Shown in pieces: positions 9,827 to 20,780 of a stretch of 64,000 nucleotides of DNA. The position numbers and the translations under genes were made by a program. The stretch is from Candidatus Latescibacterota bacterium (GTDB lineage: Bacteria > Latescibacterota > UBA2968 > GCA-2709665). Under the pieces are notes generated by a model that saw nothing but the letters and a program-made list of their open reading frames with translations, had not been told where the DNA came from and did no database searches. Within the stretch, counting starts at the first letter, position 1. The number at the start of each line of letters is the position of its first letter. The DNA lies in the NCBI GenBank assembly GCA_965205485.1, contig OZ242180.1:4064001-4128000 (forward strand), given 5' to 3'.

Positions 9827-11377
9827 TTGAACTATGAAGTCCTGGAGGCGCTGGGCCAGATTGCTCAGGAAAAGAACGTCGACAAGGCGCTGGTGATCGA
9901 AACCCTTGAAATCGGACTGCTTTCCGCAACGAAGAGGCGGTTCGGCACTTCGGACAACGTCGAGGTGAATATCGACGCCAATTCCGGCAATATCGAGGTC
10001 TTCGCCACCAAGTCCGTCGTCAAGGACGATGAGGTCGAGGACGCGGCCCTGCAGATCGGTCTTACGGCGGCCCGTGAGATTGAGCCGGGCGTCAAAGTCA
10101 ACACTGAAGTCCGGGAGATGCTCCGGTTCGCCGATTTCGGCCGCAATGCCATCCAATCCACCAAACAGATCCTGATCCAGCGGGTTCGGGAAGCCGAACG
10201 CGAGAAGATCTACGAGGACTACCAGACCCGGATCGGCGAAATCATCAGCGGGACCGTCCAGCAGATCAGCCACGGCGATATTCTCATCAACCTGGGGCGT
10301 ACGGAGGCGGTCATCCCGCTCAAGGAGCAGATTCGCAAAGAGCGTTACCGTCAGGGCGACCCGATTCGCGCCTATCTGGTTAACGTCCTCCGCACCTCCA
10401 AGGGGCCTCAGGTCGTGCTGTCCCGGACCCATCCGCAATTTCTGGTTAAGCTGTTTCAGTTCGAAGTCCCTGAAATCTATGAGGGCATCATTGAAATCAA
10501 GGCTGTCGCTCGTGAGCCGGGAGAACGGGCGAAGATCGCGGTTTACTCAAACGACGCCAGGATCGATCCCGTTGGCGCCTGTGTGGGGATGAAGGGCTCC
10601 CGGGTCCAGGCGGTCGTTCGGGAGTTGAGCAACGAACGGATCGACATCGTTCCCTGGAGCGACGACGAAGCCATCTTCCTCTCCCGGTCGCTGAGTCCCG
10701 CCACGGTCAAGCGCGTGGTGGTCGATCGAAACAAAACAACGATGACGGCAATCGTCGAAGACGATCAGTTGTCGCTCGCCATTGGCAAGTCGGGACAGAA
10801 CGCCCGGCTGGCAGCGCAACTTACCGGCTGGAAGGTGGACATCATCACCGAGACCCGGTTCCAGGAAATGCAATTGGAGAAGGAGGCGACGTTTGTTTCT
10901 CTGTCGGAAGTCGCCGGGGTGGGGAAAGTGATGCTGGATCGTCTCGAGGCCGCCGGCATATTGTCCGCCAACGATCTTGTGGATGTATCACTGGTCAGAT
11001 TGCTCGAAGTGCCCGGAATCGGGGAGTCCACCGGAGAAAAGATCCAGAGCGCCGCGGAAGAAATCGTAAACGTAAAGGTTCAGGCCTACCGCGAGGAGCT
11101 TGAAAAGCAGCGGGCCGAGGAAGCGGCGCGTCTTGCGGAGGAGGAAGCGGCGCGTCTTGCGGAGGAGGAAGCGGCACGTCTTGCGGAGGAGGAAGCGGCA
11201 CGTCTTGCGGAGGAGGAAGCGGCGGCGGCGGCCGAAGCCGTTGCTGCTCCGGGCGAGGACGGTAATGAGCCGATGGCGGACGAAGAGATCGAGCTCTCGG
11301 AAGACGGCGCGGCGGTCCGGACCACCACGTCTGAAGACAATCAGGTCGGCGGACCATCGGAAGACGAGGGGAGGTGA
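9827..11377 (+). CDS. nusA: Transcription termination factor NusA
   Basis: S1/KH motifs 'FEVPEI', 'DPVGACVGMKGSRV', 'LAIGKSGQNARLA'; TTG start after GAGGAG. Confidence 0.98.
   Translation: MNYEVLEALGQIAQEKNVDKALVIETLEIGLLSATKRRFGTSDNVEVNIDANSGNIEVFATKSVVKDDEVEDAALQIGLTAAREIEPGVKVNTEVREMLRFADFGRNAIQSTKQILIQRVREAEREKIYEDYQTRIGEIISGTVQQISHGDILINLGRTEAVIPLKEQIRKERYRQGDPIRAYLVNVLRTSKGPQVVLSRTHPQFLVKLFQFEVPEIYEGIIEIKAVAREPGERAKIAVYSNDARIDPVGACVGMKGSRVQAVVRELSNERIDIVPWSDDEAIFLSRSLSPATVKRVVVDRNKTTMTAIVEDDQLSLAIGKSGQNARLAAQLTGWKVDIITETRFQEMQLEKEATFVSLSEVAGVGKVMLDRLEAAGILSANDLVDVSLVRLLEVPGIGESTGEKIQSAAEEIVNVKVQAYREELEKQRAEEAARLAEEEAARLAEEEAARLAEEEAARLAEEEAAAAAEAVAAPGEDGNEPMADEEIELSEDGAAVRTTTSEDNQVGGPSEDEGR
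11117..11224 (+). repeat. 24-bp tandem repeat x4.5 within the nusA C-terminus
   Basis: GAGGAAGCGGC(G/A)CGTCTTGCGGAG repeated, encoding (EEAARLAE)n. Confidence 0.95.
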
Positions 11378-13842
11378 GTCGGCCCATGAACAGAAATGCG
11401 CCCGCAGCGACGGTCACGGCGGCATCCGACGACACCGATGACAAGAAACGCCGCATCTACGAAGTTGCGCGAGAGTTCAATCTCTCGAGTGTGGCAATGG
11501 TCGAAGTCGTCAGGGGCCTGGGTTTCGACGTCAAGAATCACATGGCCGTATGCACCCGGGAGATGTTCGATAGCATCCAGGGCAAGTTTGAAGAAGAGCG
11601 TAACGCCTCCCGACAGGAAATCAAGCGCAAGGCCGCACAGAGAAGGCAGCGCCAAGATACCGAAAAGGAAGTCCGGAAAACCCCCGCCAGGACCAGAGCC
11701 GGACGCACGAAAAAGGCCGCATCCAAACCAGCCGAAACCCCGAAGCCGGCGGAGCCGGTCCGGGAGGCTGTCGAGATTCGCGAGATCCGTGACGACCAGG
11801 CATCGCGCCGGCGCCGGCGCGATGCGGCGCGGAGAGAGCCAACGGTAGAAGTCATCGGGGAGGCCGGTACCCGCGGTCAGAAAGAGCCGGCGCGGACGCA
11901 GGAAAAGCCGGCCCCGGAAAAGAGCGAAGGCCGCCGCCGCCGCCGCAGGCGCGGCAGGCCCGCGCCGGACCAGGTGGAAATCGAAGCCAGCGTGCGTCGG
12001 ACGATGGCCCAGATGGAGACCGGCACGGCCCGTTCGCGACGTCGTCGTCGCAGAGACGACGCGGACGTCGAGGACGAGGAGGGTGTGGACCGCGTCATCA
12101 AGGTCAACGAGTTTACAACGGTCGGTGAACTGTCGGCACTCATGGACATCCCGCTCACCGATGTCATTAAGCAGTGTCTCACCCTGGGCCTGATGGTCAC
12201 CATCAACCAGCGGCTGGATATGGACACCATCACCCTGGTTGCCGACGAGTTCGGAATTGGGGTCGAAGAACTCCAGGAGTATGCCGAAGACGTGCTCGAT
12301 CAGGAAGACGAAGACGTGGAAGACGTTCTCGCGCCTCGTCCGCCCGTCGTCACCATTATGGGTCATGTCGACCACGGCAAGACGTCGCTATTGGATTATG
12401 TTCGCAACACCAACGTGGTTGCGGGTGAGGCGGGGGGCATTACCCAGCACATCGGCGCCTATCACGTGGAGCTGGACAACGGCCGCATGGTGACGTTTCT
12501 CGATACCCCCGGTCACGAGGCGTTTACCGCAATGCGCGCCAGGGGGGCCCAGGTGACTGACGTGGTCGTCCTGATTGTGGCTGCCGACGACAATGTCATG
12601 CCGCAGACGGTGGAAGCCATCGACCATGCCCGCGCTGCGGGCGTTCCCATGGTGCTGGCCATCAACAAGATAGACCTTCCCGGCGCGGACGTGGGTCGAA
12701 TCAAGAGGCAACTGACGGAACACAACGTCGTCCTCGAGGAATACGGGGGCAAGGTTCAATCCTGTGAGATCTCCGCCAAGACCGGCGAGAACATCAACGA
12801 TCTGCTCGAGTTGCTGGCATTGGAAACCGACCTTCTGGAGTTGAAGGCCAATTCGCTGAAACGCGCCAGAGGCGCCATTGTCGAGGCGCGCCTTGACCGC
12901 GGCCGAGGCAACGTGGCGACGGTACTCGTACAGGAGGGCACGCTCAGGGTTGGCGATACCTTCGTCACGGGACTCTACAGCGGCAGGGCGAGGGCGCTTC
13001 TGGACGAGCGCGGGCATCGGGTTTCCGAGGCAGGCCCCTCGGTGCCGGTCCAGGTGCTTGGCCTGTCCGGACTGCCCCAGGCCGGAGACTCGTTCTACTC
13101 CGTGGAAAACGAACGTACCGCCAGGGAAATCAGCCAGAAGAGGCAGCAGCTGCGCCGGGAGCGGGAAGCCCACCGGATACGCAGGGTCAGCCTGGTTGAC
13201 ATTCACGATCAGATCAAGGCCGGTCAGGTCCAGGAGTTGCGCCTGATACTCAAGGGAGACGTCGACGGTTCCGTGGAAGCGCTTCACGACTCCCTGATGC
13301 AGATCCCAAGCGACGAAGTCCGCATCAACGTGATCCACCGCGGGGTGGGTGCGGTGTCCGAGTCCGACGTTCTGCTCGCTTCCGCCTCGGATGCGATTAT
13401 CATCGGATTCAACGTGCGGCCGGACGTACGCGCGCGCGAAGTGGTTGCCCAGGAGCGGGTCGACGTCCGCACCTACAGGGTGATCTACGAGGCGGTTGAA
13501 GACATCAAGGCCGCGCTTGCCGGATTGCTCACGCCCGATATTGATGAACAGATCGTGGGGTCCGCGGAAGTCCGGGAGACGTTCCAGGTGCCGCGGGTCG
13601 GTATCATCGCCGGCTGTTACATATCCAACGGCAGAATGACACGCAGCGCGATGGTGCGGGTGCTGCGAGACAATGTCGTGGTCTACGAGGGCCGAGTCGG
13701 GTCTCTGAGAAGATTCAAGGACGACGTCAGGGAAGTCCAGTCCGGATTTGAATGCGGCATCGGCCTCGAGAATTTCAACGATACCAAGCTGGGCGATGTG
13801 ATCGAGGCATATGAACAGGTTGAAACCGCGCGTACGTTATAA
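11374..13842 (+). CDS. infB: Translation initiation factor IF-2
   Basis: [24 protein letters not shown] and NKID motifs. Confidence 0.98.
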   Translation: MSRPMNRNAPAATVTAASDDTDDKKRRIYEVAREFNLSSVAMVEVVRGLGFDVKNHMAVCTREMFDSIQGKFEEERNASRQEIKRKAAQRRQRQDTEKEVRKTPARTRAGRTKKAASKPAETPKPAEPVREAVEIREIRDDQASRRRRRDAARREPTVEVIGEAGTRGQKEPARTQEKPAPEKSEGRRRRRRRGRPAPDQVEIEASVRRTMAQMETGTARSRRRRRRDDADVEDEEGVDRVIKVNEFTTVGELSALMDIPLTDVIKQCLTLGLMVTINQRLDMDTITLVADEFGIGVEELQEYAEDVLDQEDEDVEDVLAPRPPVVTIMGHVDHGKTSLLDYVRNTNVVAGEAGGITQHIGAYHVELDNGRMVTFLDTPGHEAFTAMRARGAQVTDVVVLIVAADDNVMPQTVEAIDHARAAGVPMVLAINKIDLPGADVGRIKRQLTEHNVVLEEYGGKVQSCEISAKTGENINDLLELLALETDLLELKANSLKRARGAIVEARLDRGRGNVATVLVQEGTLRVGDTFVTGLYSGRARALLDERGHRVSEAGPSVPVQVLGLSGLPQAGDSFYSVENERTAREISQKRQQLRREREAHRIRRVSLVDIHDQIKAGQVQELRLILKGDVDGSVEALHDSLMQIPSDEVRINVIHRGVGAVSESDVLLASASDAIIIGFNVRPDVRAREVVAQERVDVRTYRVIYEAVEDIKAALAGLLTPDIDEQIVGSAEVRETFQVPRVGIIAGCYISNGRMTRSAMVRVLRDNVVVYEGRVGSLRRFKDDVREVQSGFECGIGLENFNDTKLGDVIEAYEQVETARTL

Positions 13843-13845
13843 AAT

Positions 13846-14127
13846 ATGACCATCGGCCTGTGTCGTCTGGTGCTCTATCTGCCCGAAAGCGGCTCGCTAA
13901 AGGGTAAACGCCGTATTCTGGAGAGTCTTCGGCAACGGATCAGGGCGAAATACAACGTATCCGTCTCCGAAGTAGGTCAAAACGAACTGTGGCAGAAGGC
14001 TGAGGTTGGCGTGGCGATGGTGGCGAACGAATCGCGTTACGTCAATCGCGTGCTTTCCAAAGTCGTGGACCAGGTGCAACGGGACCATCGCGTGGAACTC
14101 GTTGACTATTCTCTGGAACTGATTTGA
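13846..14127 (+). CDS. DUF503 (YlxP-like) protein
   Basis: 'SLKGKRR...YNVSVSEVG..ELWQ'; conserved position between infB and rbfA. Confidence 0.9.
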   Translation: MTIGLCRLVLYLPESGSLKGKRRILESLRQRIRAKYNVSVSEVGQNELWQKAEVGVAMVANESRYVNRVLSKVVDQVQRDHRVELVDYSLELI

Positions 14128-14462
14128 TGTGGCGCTCAGAAAGTGTTGGACGGCAGATACAGCTTGAACTCAGTGACCTGATTCACCGGCACCTGAAAGA
14201 TCCTCGTCTCGGATACGTTACCGTCACTGGCGTGCAGGTGTCGCGAGATCTGAAATTCGCACGGGTGCACGTCAGTGTAATGGGCGACGGTCAGATTCGC
14301 GACACGAGCCTCAAGACGCTCCAGCGGGCGATGCCGTTCCTCCGCAAGGAATTGGGCGGGCGCATCCGGCTGAGAAACGTGCCGGAATTGGAGTTCAGGC
14401 TGGACGAGTCTCTGGAACAGGCCAGCAGGATCGACAGGCTGCTGGACGACTTGAAATCGTAG
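14127..14462 (+). CDS. rbfA: Ribosome-binding factor A
   Basis: 'DPRLGYVTVTGVQVSRDL..A.V', 'LRNVPELEF.LDES'. Confidence 0.96.
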   Translation: MWRSESVGRQIQLELSDLIHRHLKDPRLGYVTVTGVQVSRDLKFARVHVSVMGDGQIRDTSLKTLQRAMPFLRKELGGRIRLRNVPELEFRLDESLEQASRIDRLLDDLKS

Positions 14463-14674
14463 AAGCTGTTTTAAAATTACCGGTGAGTTCCCGAGCGCGA
14501 GCGAAAAAGTGGCGGTTATGAGGCGCGAGGGGCGCGCAGCGCCGACGGGAAAACCCGCCCATATACTAATGTATCGTGGCTGCGCGCCCCTCGCCACTCT
14601 TGGGTGGGTTTGACCAACGCCGACCGGCGCTTTTGCAGCCGCGCGAAGACCGCTGGGAATTTTAAGACAGCTTC
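14462..14674 (+). mobile_element. MITE family 1, copy B
   Basis: GAAGCTGTTTTAAAATT ... AATTTTAAGACAGCTTC; flanks GTA and TTG do not match. Confidence 0.85.
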
Positions 14675-14691
14675 TTGGAACGGAGGGCAGG

Positions 14692-15600
14692 ATCAACGTC
14701 ACTGGCGTGTTGCCGATCGACAAGCCCCCGGGAATGACGTCGCACGACGTGACAGACCGCGTTCGACGACGGCTGAATATTCGGAAAGTAGGGCATACGG
14801 GCACCCTGGATCCGCTCGCGACCGGCGTCCTCGTGTTGTGCCTGGGCCGGGCCACCCGGCTCAGTTCCTATCTCGCGGACCACGACAAGACGTATTCCGC
14901 CCAAATTCGCCTCGGGGTCCGAACCAGCACGCTCGACGCCGAGGGCGAAGTTGTCGCGCGGTCCGGCAGCGTTCCCGGCCGGTTGGAGGACGTCCGCGCC
15001 GCGGTGGCTTCCTTTATTGGCGAAATCGAACAGATTCCGCCCATGTTCTCGGCCCGAAAGATGGATGGCAGGCGGTTGTACCAGTTGGCACGGGAGGGCA
15101 CGGAAGTCGCCCGACGACCGTCCCGCGTGCGGATTTTCGGAATCGATATTGAAGAATTCAGGCCTCCCGATCTACACCTGACGGTCTCCTGTTCAAAAGG
15201 TACCTATATCCGCACGCTGGCCGATGATATCGGCGGGCAACTGGGATGTGGCGCGTATCTGGCCGGGCTCAGGCGCACGGCGGCCGGCCCCGTTTGCATC
15301 GACGAGTGCGTCGCGCTCAACCAGCTCGATTCCGTTGGATCGGAAGCGGAGTTGCGGCCGTTTCTGATGGATCCCAATCGGTTGTTGCGTGACCTGCCGC
15401 GTATCAACCTGGACGCCGATCAGGCAGGTTGTTTTGTTCATGGAAGTGCCGTCGCGAATGTTGACGAGGGTACTGCTCTCGAGTCGGGCCGGCTCGTGAG
15501 GGCGCTCTATCCCGAGGGGGTGTTGCTCGGCATCGGACGCTGGCGGGCCGCCGACCGGATGCTGAAGCCTGTGCGGGTGCTGCGTCAGCCAGAAAGTTGA
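14692..15600 (+). CDS. truB: tRNA pseudouridine(55) synthase TruB (start ATC at 14692 or GTG at 14707)
   Basis: 'DKPPGMTSHD', 'VGHTGTLDPLATG', 'CSKGTYIRTL'. Confidence 0.95.
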   Translation: MNVTGVLPIDKPPGMTSHDVTDRVRRRLNIRKVGHTGTLDPLATGVLVLCLGRATRLSSYLADHDKTYSAQIRLGVRTSTLDAEGEVVARSGSVPGRLEDVRAAVASFIGEIEQIPPMFSARKMDGRRLYQLAREGTEVARRPSRVRIFGIDIEEFRPPDLHLTVSCSKGTYIRTLADDIGGQLGCGAYLAGLRRTAAGPVCIDECVALNQLDSVGSEAELRPFLMDPNRLLRDLPRINLDADQAGCFVHGSAVANVDEGTALESGRLVRALYPEGVLLGIGRWRAADRMLKPVRVLRQPES

Positions 15601-15605
15601 TCCGG

Positions 15606-16562
15606 ATGCAGACACGGACTTTGGTACAGACGCTCGAGTTGGAAAACCCGGTGGTTACGGTCGGCACGTTCGACGGTGTCCACCTGGGGCATCGTGCCGT
15701 ATTGGAAGCGGTTGTTGCCATGGCAAGCGCGCGGTCGGGCAGCGCCGTCGCCGTCACGTTCGATCCGCACCCGCGGGCCGTGATCCATCCCGAAGACCCG
15801 CCGGTCGTCCTTACGTCCATGGACGAGAAGCGCCGGCGGCTTGAAGATGCCGGAATCGACATACTGTCGGTCATCCCGTTTACCAGGCAGGTGCAAATGA
15901 TGAGTCCCGAGGCATTTGTATCGACCTATCTGGTGAAATACCTGGGCGCGCAGGTCGTGGTGCTGGGCTACGATCATGGATTCGGCAAGGGTCGCAGCGG
16001 AGATCCCGACACCATGCGGGCGCTCGGCCATCGGTTCGGCTTCGACGTCTCTGTCGTGCCTCCCACCTTGGCGGGAGAGGGCCCGGTGAGCAGCAGCAGG
16101 CTTCGGGATGTGATTCGGAGCGGCAGAATCGACGAAGCGCGTGAGATGCTTGGAGGCGGATATCCGGTTTCGGGTCGAGTGGCGCACGGAGATGGCCGCG
16201 GGCGGGCGCTGGGTTATCCGACTGCGAATATCGTGCCTGACGATGCGATGAAACTGTTGCCGCCGGACGGGGTGTACGTTGCGAAAGCGTTCGTGCCCGA
16301 ACCGTACGCCGCTGTTGTAAACCTGGGGGTACGGCCCACATTTAACGGTAAGAACAGGTTGTTCGAAGCCCATCTGCTGGATTTCAGCGGGGACCTTTAC
16401 GGACGCAGGATTTCACTGGAACTGGTGAATCGTCTGCGCGACGAACGCCGGTTTGCCAGCTCGGAAGCGCTGATAACGCAAATTCACAAGGACGGGCAGC
16501 GTGCCCGTGAAATTTTGGGACAGGAGATGGTCCATCACATGGAGGTGAAGCATTGGGTTTAG
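15606..16562 (+). CDS. ribF: Bifunctional riboflavin kinase/FAD synthetase
   Basis: '[10 protein letters not shown]', 'TFDPHP', 'VSSS', '[10 protein letters not shown]'. Confidence 0.97.
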   Translation: MQTRTLVQTLELENPVVTVGTFDGVHLGHRAVLEAVVAMASARSGSAVAVTFDPHPRAVIHPEDPPVVLTSMDEKRRRLEDAGIDILSVIPFTRQVQMMSPEAFVSTYLVKYLGAQVVVLGYDHGFGKGRSGDPDTMRALGHRFGFDVSVVPPTLAGEGPVSSSRLRDVIRSGRIDEAREMLGGGYPVSGRVAHGDGRGRALGYPTANIVPDDAMKLLPPDGVYVAKAFVPEPYAAVVNLGVRPTFNGKNRLFEAHLLDFSGDLYGRRISLELVNRLRDERRFASSEALITQIHKDGQRAREILGQEMVHHMEVKHWV

Positions 16563-16822
16563 CGAAGGAAAAGAAGGGCGAACTGGTGGAAGCCTTCGGT
16601 CGAACCGGCGGTGACACCGGATCCGTAGAAGTGCAGATCGCGCTATTGACGGAACGCATCAGCATGTTGACCGAACACGCACGGCGACACAGGAAAGATC
16701 ACCATTCCCGCCGCGGGCTGCTCAAACTGGTCGGGCAGCGCCGGCGTTTCCTGAGATATATGCAGCGCCGCGACGTGACAGGATACCGCGCGCTGATCGG
16801 CAAGCTTGGAATACGTGGTTGA
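16553..16822 (+). CDS. rpsO: 30S ribosomal protein S15
   Basis: '[13 protein letters not shown]...[18 protein letters not shown]'; TTG start after GGAGGTG. Confidence 0.98.
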   Translation: MGLAKEKKGELVEAFGRTGGDTGSVEVQIALLTERISMLTEHARRHRKDHHSRRGLLKLVGQRRRFLRYMQRRDVTGYRALIGKLGIRG

Positions 16823-16899
16823 ATTTGCCTGTAGCGTGTTTTGCAAATCGAGTTCTACAGGCCTGATGTAGGTTCATTTTTGCTGAGGAGAAAGGTTGG

Positions 16900-19038
16900 A
16901 TGGCAGAAAGAATAGAGCTGGAACTGGAAGGAAGGACACTGTCCATTGAACACGGACGGGTTGCGAAGCAGGCCCACGGGGCCGTCTGGATGCAATATGG
17001 CGAAACCGTGGTGCTGGTGGCTGCGGTGGCCGACGCCAGAGAATCCGATATGGATTTTTTCCCGTTAACGGTGGACTATCGTGAGAAATTCTACGCGAGC
17101 GGCAGGATACCGGGGAACTTCTTCAAGCGGGAGGGCGCGCCTTCCACAACGGAGAAGCTGAGCGCGAGACTGATCGATCACCAGATCCGGCCGTTGTTCC
17201 TGAAACGGGACGTCGAAACGCAGGTTTTGGTAACGATTCTATCGTACGATGAAGAGAATGACCCCGCCGTGCTGGCGATGAACGGCGCATCGGCGGCTGT
17301 CTGTGTCTCCGATATCCCGTTCGAAGGACCGATCGGCGCTGTGAAGGTGGGTCGGATAAACGGCGAGTACGTGATCAATCCAACCTATCAACAGTTGGAT
17401 GAAAGCGATATCAACATCATCGTGTCCGGAAACAAGGAGTCGATCATTTCCGTCGAAGGCGAGTGCCATGAGGCGCCGGACGCCGACGTACTGGGGGCGC
17501 TGCGGGCGGGTCAGGAAGCCATCGCCAAGCTCGTGGAGATGCAGGAGGAACTCGTCGCCAAGTGCGGGAAGCCAAAGCGTGAAGTGGTTGAACCCGAACC
17601 CGATGAAGCGCTCGCAGAAGCGGTAATGGCGCAGGCGGCGCAGCGCATCAGAGACGCGAACAGGTTGTCCGAAAAAGAAGACAGGGCGAGCGTCATCGCC
17701 GGCATCGAAGCGGATGTGCACGCGGCCCTGAGTGAGGAGTTTCCGGATTCCGGCGCTGAAATCACCGCGGAAATCGGGTCGATCGTCAAGACGGAGATGC
17801 GCCGTATGATTCTGGAGGAAGGCCGGCGGATCGATGGCAGGGCCCTGGACGAAGTGCGGCCGATTCAGATTGAACTGGGGGTACTGCCGAGGGCACACGG
17901 GTCCGCCGTGTTCACGCGAGGTCAGACGCAGGCGCTGTGTGTGGCCACGCTGGGCAGCAAGCTGGATACCCGGATGGTGGACGACCTGGAAGGGATGTCC
18001 TACAAGAGTTTCATGCTGGACTACAACTTTCCCTCGTACAGCGTGGGGGAGACCCGCCGGATCGGGGCTCCGGGAAGGCGGGAAATCGGACACGGCGTTC
18101 TTGCGGAAAAGGCGTTGGTTCCCGTCATACCCGGCGAAAAGCATTTCCCCTATACGATTCGGGTGGTTTCCGAAATCCTGGAATCGAACAGTTCGTCTTC
18201 AATGGCCACGGTGTGCGGCGGATCGCTCGCCCTGATGGATGCCGGGGTTCCCGTCAAGACGGCCGTTGCGGGCGCCGGCGTCGGGCTGGTCATGGGTGAG
18301 GACAATGCCAATTGGGCATTGCTGACCGACATTCTGGGCGCGGAAGACCACCTTGGCGACATGGACCTGAAAATAGCCGGCACGAACGAAGGGCTGACGT
18401 CGATTCAGCTCGACATCAAGGTCAAGGGTATCAGTTTCGAGATTATGCAGGAGGCTTTCGGACGCGCGCGGGGCGCGCTCGACCACATTCTGGATGTGAT
18501 GAGCGGCGCGATCGCCCGCCCGAAACCCGAACTGTCACCGTACGCGCCGCGAATTCTCTCCCTCTACATCGACCCGGCAAAGATCGGTACGGTTATCGGT
18601 CCCGGAGGAAAGACCATTCGCAGCATCGAAGAAACGGGAGCTACCGTAGCGGTGGACGACGACGGACTGATCACGGTCAGCTCGGTCGACGCCCGGGCCG
18701 GCGAAGAAGCCATGGAAATGATCAAGGCGCTGGTGGAGGATCCGGAAGTAGGCCGGGTGTACAATGGCACGGTCAAGCGAACCCTGGACTTCGGCGCCTT
18801 TATCGAGATTCTGCCGGGGAAAGAGGGGCTTTGCCACATTTCAGAGCTGGATTACCGCCGGGTGAACAAGGTCGAGGACGTGTTGTCCGAAGGGGACAAG
18901 CTGGACGTCAAGGTGATTTCGATCGACGACCAGGGCAAGATTCGACTTAGTCGCAAGGCGACTTTCGAACCGCCGCCCGGATACGTGGAACCGCCGCCGC
19001 GCCATTCACGGGGCCCGCGAAGGCCCAATCGGCGCTGA
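16900..19038 (+). CDS. pnp: Polyribonucleotide nucleotidyltransferase (PNPase)
   Basis: '[10 protein letters not shown]', 'RREIGHG', 'EDHLGDMD'; KH and S1 domains. Confidence 0.98.
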   Translation: MAERIELELEGRTLSIEHGRVAKQAHGAVWMQYGETVVLVAAVADARESDMDFFPLTVDYREKFYASGRIPGNFFKREGAPSTTEKLSARLIDHQIRPLFLKRDVETQVLVTILSYDEENDPAVLAMNGASAAVCVSDIPFEGPIGAVKVGRINGEYVINPTYQQLDESDINIIVSGNKESIISVEGECHEAPDADVLGALRAGQEAIAKLVEMQEELVAKCGKPKREVVEPEPDEALAEAVMAQAAQRIRDANRLSEKEDRASVIAGIEADVHAALSEEFPDSGAEITAEIGSIVKTEMRRMILEEGRRIDGRALDEVRPIQIELGVLPRAHGSAVFTRGQTQALCVATLGSKLDTRMVDDLEGMSYKSFMLDYNFPSYSVGETRRIGAPGRREIGHGVLAEKALVPVIPGEKHFPYTIRVVSEILESNSSSSMATVCGGSLALMDAGVPVKTAVAGAGVGLVMGEDNANWALLTDILGAEDHLGDMDLKIAGTNEGLTSIQLDIKVKGISFEIMQEAFGRARGALDHILDVMSGAIARPKPELSPYAPRILSLYIDPAKIGTVIGPGGKTIRSIEETGATVAVDDDGLITVSSVDARAGEEAMEMIKALVEDPEVGRVYNGTVKRTLDFGAFIEILPGKEGLCHISELDYRRVNKVEDVLSEGDKLDVKVISIDDQGKIRLSRKATFEPPPGYVEPPPRHSRGPRRPNRR

Positions 19039-19065
19039 CCCGCCTGGCAAGTCAGAGGTCGGCAG

Positions 19066-19097
19066 AAGGCGATCGGCAACTACCGGTCGTCTTTTTT
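19066..19097 (+). terminator. Intrinsic terminator after pnp
   Basis: AAGGCGATCGG-caacta-CCGGTCGTCTT followed by a T tract. Confidence 0.75.
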
Positions 19098-19132
19098 GCT
19101 TTTGCCAGTCGCGTGACTCCGAGAGGACACCG

Positions 19133-20428
19133 ATGGCCGTACCCATTTCGATTTCAAGGATCGCAGACTACGACGGGCGTCCCGTTCTTCTCCAGGGCTG
19201 GCTGCAAAACAAGCGCTCCAGCGGCAAGTTGCGCTTTCTGCAGCTGAGAGACGGGACGGGCGTGGTGCAGTGCGTTCTGTTCAAGGGAGACGTGTCGTCC
19301 GACCTCTTCGAACGATCCGCCGACCTGACCCAGGAGTCATCGCTGCGCGTAAGGGGGGTTGTGCGGGAGGACAGGCGCTCGCCGCTTGGCTATGAGATCG
19401 GCGTTACGGACATCGAGGTTGTCCAGGAATCGGAACCGTATCCCATAACACCAAAAGCTCACGGTACCGCCTTCCTGATGGACCATCGCCATCTCTGGCT
19501 GCGTTCCTCCCGCCAGCACGCCATTTTGCGTGTGCGCAGCGAAGTCATTCGGGCGTGCAGGAATTACTTCGATGAAAGAGAATTCGTACTCACGGATTCT
19601 CCAATATTTACGCCGTCATCCTGCGAGGGAACGACAACGCTTTTCCAGACCGACTACTTCGACGACCAGGCCTATCTGACCCAGAGCGGACAACTGTATC
19701 TGGAAGCCAGCGCCATGGCCTTCGGAAAGGTCTACTGCTTCGGGCCGACGTTCAGGGCCGAGAAATCGAAAACCCGGAGGCACCTCACGGAATTCTGGAT
19801 GGTCGAGCCGGAGGTGGCGTACCTGGATCTGAACGGGGACATGGATCTGGCGGAGGACTTCGTCAGCACCGTGGTTCAGCAGGTCCTGACGTGCCGGCGG
19901 AAGGAACTGGAATTGCTTCAGCGGGATCTCGAACCGCTCGAACGCATCAGGAAGCCGTTTCCGAGGATCTCCTATACGGAAGCGGTGGACATCCTGAACC
20001 GGAGTGGCGTTTCACACAGGTGGGGCGACGATTTCGGCGGCGACGAGGAAACCGTACTGGCGGAACATTTCGATCGTCCGGTCCTGGTGCACAGGTATCC
20101 GGCCTCCTGCAAGGCCTTTTATATGAAGGGAGACCCGGACGACGGCCGGCTGGCGCTTTGCATGGATATGCTGGCGCCGGAGGGATACGGAGAGATCATC
20201 GGCGGCGGGCAACGCGAGGACGACCTGGAGGAACTGCGGCGGAAGATTGCCGAACACAGACTCGACGAAACCCCCTTTCAATGGTATTTGGACCTCAGGC
20301 GCTACGGATCGGTGCCCCATGCCGGCTTCGGCCTGGGCATCGAACGGACCGTAGCGTGGATCTGCGGGTTGCGGCACGTAAGGGAGACCATTCCGTTTCC
20401 CCGGATGCTGCAACGGCTTTACCCATAA
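19133..20428 (+). CDS. asnS: Asparagine-tRNA ligase
   Basis: OB-fold, 'YLTQSGQLY', '[21 protein letters not shown]', '[11 protein letters not shown]'. Confidence 0.96.
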   Translation: MAVPISISRIADYDGRPVLLQGWLQNKRSSGKLRFLQLRDGTGVVQCVLFKGDVSSDLFERSADLTQESSLRVRGVVREDRRSPLGYEIGVTDIEVVQESEPYPITPKAHGTAFLMDHRHLWLRSSRQHAILRVRSEVIRACRNYFDEREFVLTDSPIFTPSSCEGTTTLFQTDYFDDQAYLTQSGQLYLEASAMAFGKVYCFGPTFRAEKSKTRRHLTEFWMVEPEVAYLDLNGDMDLAEDFVSTVVQQVLTCRRKELELLQRDLEPLERIRKPFPRISYTEAVDILNRSGVSHRWGDDFGGDEETVLAEHFDRPVLVHRYPASCKAFYMKGDPDDGRLALCMDMLAPEGYGEIIGGGQREDDLEELRRKIAEHRLDETPFQWYLDLRRYGSVPHAGFGLGIERTVAWICGLRHVRETIPFPRMLQRLYP

Positions 20429-20752
20429 CAGCCCGTTGAAAAAGCCCATCCGGGCTGCGGCCGGCCCTTGCGGTCGAAATACTGCGTTGCGCGCCCTCGC
20501 CGAATCGCAGGATGGGTCTCGGTTGCGCGCCTTGTCTTCCACCACAATGGCAAGTGTTCCGACCCGGAAATAGATTGCCGAAATTCGGCCGCCGAGTCGC
20601 CCGGCTGGCAAGGCGCCTGAGCGAGGCGACCTGCGCAAGGTCACAGAGCGAAGGCAACGCCGCCAGACGGGATGAATCGGCGGATGAATGGTGACATATT
20701 TCCGGGACGGGACACCAAGCCTCGCCTGCAGAGCGACTTTGTCATCGGACTG
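20429..20752. mobile_element. MITE family 2 (324 bp, non-autonomous IS-derived)
   Basis: 18-bp imperfect TIR (CAGCCCGTTGAAAAAGCC vs CAGTCCGATGACAAAGTC, 14/18) with an ATAA direct repeat at 20425-20428 and 20753-20756. Confidence 0.75.
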
Positions 20753-20780
20753 ATAAACTGTAAGTACAGGGAGCCGTCAG

